A DNA stretch of 59,146 nucleotides, counting the filler. It is 3 parts of 3 records of this genome, joined end to end, with 100 filler letters (N's around TTAATTAATTAA, not from the genome) between each part and the next. Parts side by side here need not be neighbours in the genome. Positions count along the whole stretch, not along the records: positions 40,928 to 59,146 come from SRR20825006_2090; 2 more parts are not named here. One strand, given 5' to 3'. Below the pieces are notes generated by a model that saw only the letters and a list, made by a program, of their open reading frames with translations, was not told the DNA's origin and did no database searches. Numbering within the stretch: the stretch's first letter is position 1; the number at the start of each line of letters is the position of its first letter. Positions 52,047 through 59,146 of the stretch are shown here, piece after piece. The position numbers and the translations under genes are program-made.

Positions 52047-52880
52047 ATGGTGAAGGAGAAAATCAGCGGTTGGATCGGGTCCTTTCGCGACTCTGTCGAC
52101 CGCGTCGAACAAGAGACCACCGCTTACAGAGAAGCGAGCCCCAAGGGTCACATCGATCTCCAGGTCTTTGGCGTGGTTATCCTGGCGAGCGTGATCCTGA
52201 GCATCCAGGATTACTATGGCTCGAGCAGCCACTGGAACACGCTCGAGCCGCTCTTCTCGTTGTTCATGGACGACGCCAAGGGGTTCCTCTCTGGCATCTT
52301 CACCAAGGGCAAGTACGCCAGGCTCTATCGCCTCTGGTATTGGTCCGGCATCACCGTCCTGACCTACATGTTCCTGCCGTTTATCTGGATCAAGCTCGTG
52401 ATGCGAAAGCGCATCCGGGACTATGGATTCTCCGTGAGGGGGATCATGAAGCACTCCTGGATTTACGTCAGCATGTTCCTGATCGTGCTGCCCGCGCTGT
52501 TTGTCGTCGGGCACACCGAGAGCTTCCAGCGCACCTACCCCTTCTACAAGGAGGCGGGCCGCAGCCTCTTCGACTTCTTTGGCTGGGAGATCGCCTACGT
52601 CCTACAGTTTTTGAGCCTCGAGTTCTTCTTCCGAGGCTTCTTGGTGCACGCGTTCAAGCAGCGGTTTGGCTACTACTCGGTGCTGCTCGCGGTGATGCCC
52701 TATTGCATGATCCACTTTGGCAAGCCGATGCCCGAGACGCTCGGGGCGATCTTCGCGGGCATCGCGCTCGGGACGCTCTCGCTGTTCACCCGCAGCATCT
52801 GGCTCGGCGTGGCGATCCATGTCTCGGTCGCCGTCAGCATGGATTTGATCTCTCTCTGGCTCGCAGGCAAGCTCTTCTAA
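52047..52880 (+). CDS. CPBP (Abi/CAAX-type) intramembrane glutamic protease
   Basis: Multi-TM; LEFFFRG, YCMIHFGKP..E and RSIWLGVAIH motifs; GAGG RBS before ATG 52047. Confidence 0.88.
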   Translation: MVKEKISGWIGSFRDSVDRVEQETTAYREASPKGHIDLQVFGVVILASVILSIQDYYGSSSHWNTLEPLFSLFMDDAKGFLSGIFTKGKYARLYRLWYWSGITVLTYMFLPFIWIKLVMRKRIRDYGFSVRGIMKHSWIYVSMFLIVLPALFVVGHTESFQRTYPFYKEAGRSLFDFFGWEIAYVLQFLSLEFFFRGFLVHAFKQRFGYYSVLLAVMPYCMIHFGKPMPETLGAIFAGIALGTLSLFTRSIWLGVAIHVSVAVSMDLISLWLAGKLF

Positions 52881-52927
52881 AAGAAGGCTTATCCTGGGTT
52901 ACCGAAGCCACAAATGGTGGGAGCGCG

Positions 52928-54799
52928 ATGCTGTCCAGAATCACCACGAAGACCTCTGCACGTATGAAAACAGCGCCGCTCTGTCTTTTGCTGCTCGCGC
53001 TGTGCGGGTGCTCCTTTAGTCCCTCCGAGTACCAGAGCCCCTGTGATAGCAGCGATGACTGCTTCTATTACGAAGCCTGCGTCGATGGCGTCTGCACCTT
53101 GCAAGAGCCAAACAACGGCACGAACGCTGGCCCCAACAACAACCCCTCGGACATGGGCGTGACGACTGGCGCGGACATGCCATCGCCACCTGCGGATATG
53201 GACACGCCGCAGCCAACAGACATGCCCTCGCCCGTCGATATGCCGCCTGCGCCGCCGCGCTGTGAGACCGATCGCGACGGGGATGGCTTCGCCAGCGATC
53301 CGACCTGCCCGCTCGAGCAACGTGACTGCGACGACACCAACCAGCTCGTCTATCCGGGCGCGCCGCGCGCCTGCAATAACCGGGATAATGATTGTGATGG
53401 CCTCGTCGATCGCGAAGCGTGTGATTGCACCGCGGGCGAAGAAGAGGAATGCGGCATCACCGAAGGGGAGTGTCAGGCTGGACGTCGGCGTTGTGTCTCG
53501 GGACGATGGGGTGAGTGCGAGGGCAGAGTCGGCCCGACCACCGAGATCTGTGATGGCCAGGATAATGACTGCAATGGCCGCGCAGACGACACCTACCCCG
53601 AGAAGGGAGACGCCTGCCAGACAGGCTTCCCAGGGCCTTGCGCGCCAGGACGCGTGGCGTGCGTATCGGGCAACCTGAGCTGCGTGCAGACCACGACGCC
53701 GAGCGCGGAGATGTGCGATGGGGTCGATAATGACTGTGATGGCGAGACGGACGAGGATGACAACGGCTTTGTCTTGGCGCAGACCTGCAACCTGAGCTGT
53801 CCGGCAAGCGGCGTGCAGTTATGCCTCGAGGGCTCGTGGTCAGCTTGTGATTATCAGGACATCGAACTGTGCAACAACCAGGATGACACGTGCGATGGGC
53901 TCACAGATAACCGCTCGCGCTGCTTCCGCGCATGCGGAACCGAGGCGGTCGTCGGCACCACGAGCTGCGATGGCAACTCGCCAGTATGCGAGCTCCCCGC
54001 CGAAATCTGCGGTGATGGCATCGATAACGACTGTGACCGTCGCGTGGACGAGGGCTGCGTCAACACCAGCGTGCCGCCCCAACTGAATATGGTCTACATC
54101 CCTGGCGGAACCTTTGCTCAGGGCGCCAGACAGGGCGATCCTTACGCGCAACAGGACGAGTCACCGCTCCATCTTGTCGATCTGTCCCCCTATTATATCG
54201 ACCGCACCGAGGTCAGCCGCGCGCAGTACTTTGCCTGCTTTAACGCGGGCGTGTGCGATTTCCCCGTGACGGGCAACGGCTGCCCGCAGAATCAATCGAT
54301 CACAGGAAGCGCCGCGACAAAACCGATCGCCTGTGTGCGCTTTGCTGACGCTCAGACCTACTGCGGGTGGCTTGGTAAGAGGTTGCCGACCGAGGCAGAG
54401 TGGGAGAAGGCCGCGCGCGGTCCCTACCCTCGTCAGGTCATCTGGCCCTGGGGCAACACCGAGGATGGCTCGCGCGTGGTGGCGGGTTGTCAGAGCGGGT
54501 TCGAAGCATGCCTCGACGTGGTCGATGGCACCGCCAACGGCGTATCTTACTACGGACTCCACCATATGGCGGGCAACATCGCCGAGTATGTGCTCGACCA
54601 GTACGCGTCGAACTATTATTCGCAGGCGCCGCTCACCGATCCTTACCAGAGCATCCAGGTCGGCGGCGGTCACGTCGTGCGCGGCGGGAGCTGGCGACAG
54701 GACATCACCTTCTCGCGCGTCTCGAACCGCGCGGCCGAAGCGAGCACCAACCTCGGCTTCTTCGATGTCGGCTTCCGGTGCGCCAAGGACGCCCCCTGA
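52928..54799 (+). CDS. Cys-rich lipoprotein: DM/Pro linker, five CD/NxxDxxC(D/N) (MopE-like putative metal-binding) repeats and a C-terminal FGE-sulfatase/SUMF1-fold domain
   Basis: LLLLALCG-C lipobox (ATG 52928 or 52964); repeats such as EICDGQDNDCNG and EMCDGVDNDCDG; RLPTEAEWEKAARG, MAGNIAEY, RGGSW and GFRCA motifs. Confidence 0.88.
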   Translation: MLSRITTKTSARMKTAPLCLLLLALCGCSFSPSEYQSPCDSSDDCFYYEACVDGVCTLQEPNNGTNAGPNNNPSDMGVTTGADMPSPPADMDTPQPTDMPSPVDMPPAPPRCETDRDGDGFASDPTCPLEQRDCDDTNQLVYPGAPRACNNRDNDCDGLVDREACDCTAGEEEECGITEGECQAGRRRCVSGRWGECEGRVGPTTEICDGQDNDCNGRADDTYPEKGDACQTGFPGPCAPGRVACVSGNLSCVQTTTPSAEMCDGVDNDCDGETDEDDNGFVLAQTCNLSCPASGVQLCLEGSWSACDYQDIELCNNQDDTCDGLTDNRSRCFRACGTEAVVGTTSCDGNSPVCELPAEICGDGIDNDCDRRVDEGCVNTSVPPQLNMVYIPGGTFAQGARQGDPYAQQDESPLHLVDLSPYYIDRTEVSRAQYFACFNAGVCDFPVTGNGCPQNQSITGSAATKPIACVRFADAQTYCGWLGKRLPTEAEWEKAARGPYPRQVIWPWGNTEDGSRVVAGCQSGFEACLDVVDGTANGVSYYGLHHMAGNIAEYVLDQYASNYYSQAPLTDPYQSIQVGGGHVVRGGSWRQDITFSRVSNRAAEASTNLGFFDVGFRCAKDAP

Positions 54800-54946
54800 G
54801 TTTGACGCGAAGGCGCGAAGCCTGGGGAATGAAAGCAGATTTTCATATGTCATACGATCGCTCGCGAGGTCGTCACAGGTGCTTCGATCACCTAAACTGC
54901 TCGATGAGCGCGTGTGTTTTGCGATCATAGATAGAGGACTCATCTC

Positions 54947-57031
54947 GTGACAGACCAACAACCTCCAGAAACCTCCGAGCGCAAACCAGAGACCTACCGC
55001 AACACGGCGGCAGAAAGCGCCGCGCGCGAGCCAAAGCGCGTCGCGGTGTTGCCGCCAGAGCTGGCGAACCAGATCGCGGCTGGCGAGGTCGTCGAGCGCC
55101 CCGCCTCTGTGGTCAAGGAGCTCGTCGAGAACAGCCTCGATGCGGGCGCGCGCCGCGTCGAGGTCACCATCGACAACGGCGGCCGCGACATGGTGCGCGT
55201 CGAGGATGATGGGTGCGGGATGGAGCGCGAGGATGCCCTGCGCGCGCTCGAGCGTCACGCCACGAGCAAGATCCAGTCGGTCGAGGATCTCTTTCGCATC
55301 GGGACGTTGGGTTTTCGCGGCGAGGCGATCCCATCGATCGGTTCGGTCTCGAACTTCGAGCTTCGCACCAAGCCTCATGGCGCGCTCGAGGGGACGCGGA
55401 TCGTCGTGCGCGGCGGCAACGTCGAGGTTGTCGAGGACACAGGGATGGCCGCAGGCACCGTGATCGAGGTCTCGGAGCTGTTCTTTAACACCCCGGCCAG
55501 GCTCAAGTTCCTCAAGACACCAGCCACGGAAGCGCGCCATATCACGGAGAGCCTCGTCAGGATGGGACTGAGCCGCCCGGATGTGCGTATCCGCCTGCGC
55601 CGTGACGGGAAGGTTCGCCTCGACTTGCCGGAGGTCGCCGATCTCAAGGACAGGATCCTCGCCGTGCTCGGCCGAGAGGTCTACGACGACCTCTTCCCGA
55701 CCTACGAATATCCTGCGGTCAACGGCGTGGTCGCGCGCGGCTATTACTCCAAGCCCTCGCACAAGCAGCGCACGCCGAACAACATCTACACCTTCGTCAA
55801 CGGGCGCTACGTCAGTGATTCCACCGTGCGCGCCGCGATCAAAGGCTCCTATGGCACCTTGCTCGAGAAGGGCCGTTATCCTTCGGTGGTGCTGTTCCTG
55901 GATGTGCCTCACGAGATGGTCGATATCAACGTGCACCCGGCAAAGACCGAGGTTCGCTTCCACGACACCAACTCTATCTATCGCGCGGTCTATCACTCCA
56001 TCGCCGACGCGCTCGCCGAGACCCCCTGGGTCAAGCACGAGGCAAAGTCCTACCAGCTCAAGAGCAACATCCAGCGCTATGAACCTCGCGAAGGGGCAAA
56101 GGGAGGTGATGATGCCGCGGGCTCGCTGACCTCCGGGCCTGATATGCAACCTCGGCGAGAGCGCTATGTGTCGCCGGGGATGGCGACCTTCGAGCCGTTG
56201 AACGCGCGCCACAGGCGACAGTCCGAGCTCGATGGCAGGCTCGCCCCGAGCGTGGTCAATTACCGCGACATGCCCGAGACAAAGGAGCCCTCACAGCAAG
56301 GGTTCACGATGCGCGGCGCGCAACCTCTGAGCGCGCCACCGACGATCTCGGTCGATGTCGATGAAGAAGGCGTGCCGCTGCCACAGCAACCTAGAACAGA
56401 AGAGGACGCGCCGATCGAGCGCATAGCCCGACGCGAGGGAGAAGGCGGCTACTTCTCCTCGCTGCGCGTGATCGGGCAGTTCAAGCGCCAGTACATCGTG
56501 TGTGAGGACGCCAACGCGATGGTCGTGATCGATCAGCACGCCGCGCACGAACGCATCGGCTACGAGCGCTTGAAGAAGATCTTCGCCACAGAACACAAAG
56601 AGAACCAACCGCTGCTCTTCCCGAAGAGGATCGATCTCGACGCGATCCGCGCCGAGGTGCTCGGTGAGAACATCGACTTCTTCGAGAAAGCTGGCTTCGA
56701 GATCGAGCACTTTGGCGGACAAACCTACGTGCTCAAGAGCGTGCCCGCGATCTTTACCAAGGGGAACATCGACCGCATCGTGCGCGAGGCGATCGATGAT
56801 CTGGCGTATCACGGGCGCACGAACCGCATGGACGAAGCGATGGACGCCATCCTTAGCAGGATGGCGTGTCACTCGGTGGTGCGTGGCCCGACGACGCTGA
56901 CAAACGACGAGTGCTACGCGCTCTTCGAGCAGATGGACAGCATCGACTTCGCGGCGAACTGCCCCCACGGTCGCCCGGTGTACTGGCGCATGGAGCTCAA
57001 GGAGTTGGAGGAATCTTTCGAGCGCCGTTGA
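54947..57031 (+). CDS. mutL: DNA mismatch repair endonuclease MutL
   Basis: NQIAAGEVVERPASVVKELVENS, GFRGEA, DINVHPAK, DQHAAHER, QPLLFP clamp motif and CPHGRP. Confidence 0.98.
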   Translation: MTDQQPPETSERKPETYRNTAAESAAREPKRVAVLPPELANQIAAGEVVERPASVVKELVENSLDAGARRVEVTIDNGGRDMVRVEDDGCGMEREDALRALERHATSKIQSVEDLFRIGTLGFRGEAIPSIGSVSNFELRTKPHGALEGTRIVVRGGNVEVVEDTGMAAGTVIEVSELFFNTPARLKFLKTPATEARHITESLVRMGLSRPDVRIRLRRDGKVRLDLPEVADLKDRILAVLGREVYDDLFPTYEYPAVNGVVARGYYSKPSHKQRTPNNIYTFVNGRYVSDSTVRAAIKGSYGTLLEKGRYPSVVLFLDVPHEMVDINVHPAKTEVRFHDTNSIYRAVYHSIADALAETPWVKHEAKSYQLKSNIQRYEPREGAKGGDDAAGSLTSGPDMQPRRERYVSPGMATFEPLNARHRRQSELDGRLAPSVVNYRDMPETKEPSQQGFTMRGAQPLSAPPTISVDVDEEGVPLPQQPRTEEDAPIERIARREGEGGYFSSLRVIGQFKRQYIVCEDANAMVVIDQHAAHERIGYERLKKIFATEHKENQPLLFPKRIDLDAIRAEVLGENIDFFEKAGFEIEHFGGQTYVLKSVPAIFTKGNIDRIVREAIDDLAYHGRTNRMDEAMDAILSRMACHSVVRGPTTLTNDECYALFEQMDSIDFAANCPHGRPVYWRMELKELEESFERR

Positions 57032-57101
57032 GCGTTGTGACAACCTCCCCTACCCTGCCTGCTGCAAACCGCGTCTTCGCGCCAGAAACAAAGAGCAGCT
57101 T

Positions 57102-58121
57102 ATGCAGATCCACGAACCGACCCCCGAGGAGCTCGCCGCCCTCCCCCGCATCATCGCCATCGCTGGCCCCACGGGTGTCGGCAAGACGCGCCTGAGCCTC
57201 GCGCTCGCGAACCTGCTCGACGCCGAGATCGTCAACCTCGACAGCGTCCAGATCTACAGGGGGTTGGACATCGGCTCGGCAAAGGCGAGTGAAGAGGAGC
57301 GCGCGGGTATCCCGCATCACCTGCTCGATTGCCTCGAGCCTGATGAGCCGCACAACGTCGGGGACTACAAGGATCGCGCGATGGGCGTGATCAGCGAGAT
57401 TCATGCGCGCGGGAAGCAGGCGCTTTTGGTCGGCGGGACAAACATGTACCTGCGCGTGCTGGTGCACGGTTTGCTCGAAGCGCCAGCGCCAGACCAGGCG
57501 ATCCGCGACCGCCATCAAACACTCGCCGCCGAGCATGGCACTCCGCACCTGCACGAGAGGTTGAAAGAGGTCGACCCGGAGCTCGCCAAGAAGATCCACC
57601 ACAATGATCTGGTGCGGATCTCTCGCGGGCTCGAGATCTTCGAGCAAACGGGTCGCAAGTTAAGCGACCTCCAACGCGAACATCAGTTCAAGCTGCCAAA
57701 CTACAACGCGCTAAAGATCGCGCTCGTGAGACCGAGAGAGGAGCTCTACGAGCGGATCAACGCGCGCGTCGATAAGATGATCGAGGATGGACTCATCGAG
57801 GAATGCCGCGCGCTCTACAAACAATACGGCACGGATTGCCAGCCATTCTCGAGCCTTGGCTACCGACAGATGCAGGCGCATCTGCTCGAGGAAGAACCAC
57901 TGGAAGAGACGCTCGAAGCGATCAAACAGGCGACGCGGCGGTATGCCAAGCAGCAGCTCGGGTGGTTGCGCTCGGAGCCGGGCGTGCTGTTCGCGCAGGC
58001 GCCGCTGGTCGATGACTCGGGCACACCACCAGAATCACTGGTGATAGATGCGCGAAGGTTCTTACAGGAAGGAATCTCACCGAAGGAGCCATCCTGGGCA
58101 GGCGCTGATCCCTATCAATAG
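57102..58121 (+). CDS. miaA: tRNA dimethylallyltransferase
   Basis: GPTGVGKT, DSVQIYRGLDIGSAK, PHHLLD, VGGT and TRRYAKQQ motifs; follows mutL. Confidence 0.97.
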   Translation: MQIHEPTPEELAALPRIIAIAGPTGVGKTRLSLALANLLDAEIVNLDSVQIYRGLDIGSAKASEEERAGIPHHLLDCLEPDEPHNVGDYKDRAMGVISEIHARGKQALLVGGTNMYLRVLVHGLLEAPAPDQAIRDRHQTLAAEHGTPHLHERLKEVDPELAKKIHHNDLVRISRGLEIFEQTGRKLSDLQREHQFKLPNYNALKIALVRPREELYERINARVDKMIEDGLIEECRALYKQYGTDCQPFSSLGYRQMQAHLLEEEPLEETLEAIKQATRRYAKQQLGWLRSEPGVLFAQAPLVDDSGTPPESLVIDARRFLQEGISPKEPSWAGADPYQ

Positions 58122-58161
58122 GTGCCCTTTTAAACCCAGGAGTCGAGCAGGGCTCGCAAAC

Positions 58162-58202
58162 TTGACAGGCCAACAGGCGTTCAGTAGGGTAACATTCGTT
58201 CA
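58162..58202 (+). promoter_or_regulatory. lexA sigma70 promoter with two candidate SOS boxes
   Basis: TTGACA (58162-58167), 17 nt, TAGGGT (58185-58190). Boxes CAAC-AGGC-GTTC (58171-58182) and TAAC-ATTC-GTTC (58190-58201), both followed by A. Confidence 0.72.
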
Positions 58203-58289
58203 CCCCTGCACAATGATCAGGGTCTTGCCAAATATTCAGTCTTCCTGGGGATTTGGCAGTTCAAAGAAGTTTCACTGACGAGACGCGAT

Positions 58290-58324
58290 GTGAGGTTGGT
58301 TTTTTAAGAAAAAACCAACCTCAC
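58290..58324. repeat. Perfect 16-bp inverted repeat in the lexA leader
   Basis: GTGAGGTTGGTTTTTT-AAG-AAAAAACCAACCTCAC. Confidence 0.92.
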
Positions 58325-58400
58325 GGGCGACGAAGTTTGGGCCAAAAGGCGCTCGAACCGTCAACACAGCAAGGCTGCTCACACTGGAGACACCCAAGCG

Positions 58401-59090
58401 ATGACAACCCCCAAGAAGTTGACCAAGCGCCAGCGGATGGTTCTCCGCTATATTATCGACCACATTCAGGATCACGGTTTCCCGCCGACCATCCGAGAGA
58501 TCGGCGACCACATGGGGATCAAGTCCACCAATGGCGTCAACGATCACCTCAAGGCGCTCGAGCGCAAGGACTACCTGGAACGCAAGGACGCCAAATCCCG
58601 CGCTCTGAAGCCACTGCGCAACGAGGACGGCGACCTCATCGAGGAGACGACGTTTTCGAGCGTCGGCGCATCGAACGAGGACATGGAAGATGTCTACCAG
58701 ATCCCGGTGGTCGGCCGCATCGCGGCGGGCTTGCCGATCACAGCGATCGAGAACACGGAGAACATCCTTCGGATTGGCCAGGGGATGCTCGGCCGCGCGG
58801 ACAGCAGCGACATCTTCGCGCTGACAGTCAGCGGTGATTCGATGATCGAGGACGGAATTTTTGATGGCGACTACATCTTCGTCAAGCGCCAGCAAGACGC
58901 ACGCGATGGCGAGATCGTGGCGGCGATGGTCGACGGCGAGGCGACCGTCAAGCGCCTCTTCCGCGAGGGAGAGCGCGTGAGGTTGCAGCCGGCTAACTCG
59001 GCGATGGAGCCTATCTATGTGCACGCGCACGAAGCACGCGAGACGATGATCCTCGGAAAAGTTGTCGGAGTGTACCGTCAGCTTGTCTGA
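58401..59090 (+). CDS. lexA: SOS repressor LexA
   Basis: LTKRQ..., GFPPTIREIG winged HTH, IAAG Ala-Gly cleavage site, GDSM catalytic Ser, ATVKR catalytic Lys; GGAGA RBS. Confidence 0.97.
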   Translation: MTTPKKLTKRQRMVLRYIIDHIQDHGFPPTIREIGDHMGIKSTNGVNDHLKALERKDYLERKDAKSRALKPLRNEDGDLIEETTFSSVGASNEDMEDVYQIPVVGRIAAGLPITAIENTENILRIGQGMLGRADSSDIFALTVSGDSMIEDGIFDGDYIFVKRQQDARDGEIVAAMVDGEATVKRLFREGERVRLQPANSAMEPIYVHAHEARETMILGKVVGVYRQLV

Positions 59091-59120
59091 GAGATAAAGC
59101 GAGCCACCCAGGAAGGTGAA

Positions 59121-59146
59121 GGGGATGAGGTTTAAACCTCATCCCC
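59121..59146. repeat. Perfect 26-nt palindrome after lexA (possible terminator stem, cut by the window end)
   Basis: GGGGATGAGGTTT/AAACCTCATCCCC. Confidence 0.75.

Noticed and set aside
52070..52927. 909-aa fusion ORF starting at 52070
   Set aside because: The first ~286 codons are an Arg-rich off-frame reading of the CPBP gene; the real signal peptide and lipobox start at 52928 or 52964.
54680..54799. Diversity-generating retroelement variable region at the FGE-fold C-terminus
   Set aside because: The fold and GGSW...GFR ending fit known DGR targets, but I found no template repeat, reverse transcriptase or avd gene in the window. A genome-wide search for a near-copy differing only at adenines would be needed to revive this.
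54161..57043. Antisense ORFs of 683 and 250 aa
   Set aside because: Shadow frames of mutL and the lipoprotein gene.
54947..58121. mutL-miaA adjacency and MutL endonuclease motifs as a novelty
   Set aside because: mutL-miaA is a widely conserved gene order, and DQHAxHER/CPHGRP is normal for MutH-independent bacteria.

Overview
The window is not one locus. It holds three unrelated contigs joined by artificial 100-nt spacers (44 N + TTAATTAATTAA + 44 N, at 31717-31816 and 40828-40927). Contig 1 (1-31716, roughly balanced GC by eye) is gammaproteobacterial and possibly Methylophaga-like (my impression, not a search result). It is mostly housekeeping: pirin-azoR-doxX/LysR, rnj, oadGAB, dinG, recJ, hda, purMN, nudF, slyD and rluE-nudJ-mnmA'. 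Contig 2 (31817-40827, GC-rich) is alphaproteobacterial, possibly Devosia-like: M48 protease', mutT, GNAT, argJ, betT, TetR, a parvulin and secA'. Contig 3 (40928-59146, GC-rich) looks myxobacterial or Bradymonadia-like: rpsA', two tandem ArsA/Get3-like ATPases, an RCK K+ channel, two orphan lipoproteins, cmk, hisC, a CPBP protease, a Cys-rich repeat/FGE-fold lipoprotein, mutL, miaA and lexA. I found no rRNA, tRNA, CRISPR array, transposase, integrase or reverse transcriptase, and I cannot demonstrate a complete novel system. The best leads are: (1) a dispersed palindrome family built from ~9-10-nt subrepeats in contig 1; (2) a ~1000-aa orphan lipoprotein split by an apparent 1-nt frameshift and next to a perfect 28-bp inverted repeat; (3) an asymmetric, probably non-arsenic ArsA pair linked to a K+ channel; (4) a CPBP protease plus surface lipoprotein module; and (5) a lexA promoter with tandem candidate SOS boxes and related palindromes on both sides of the gene.
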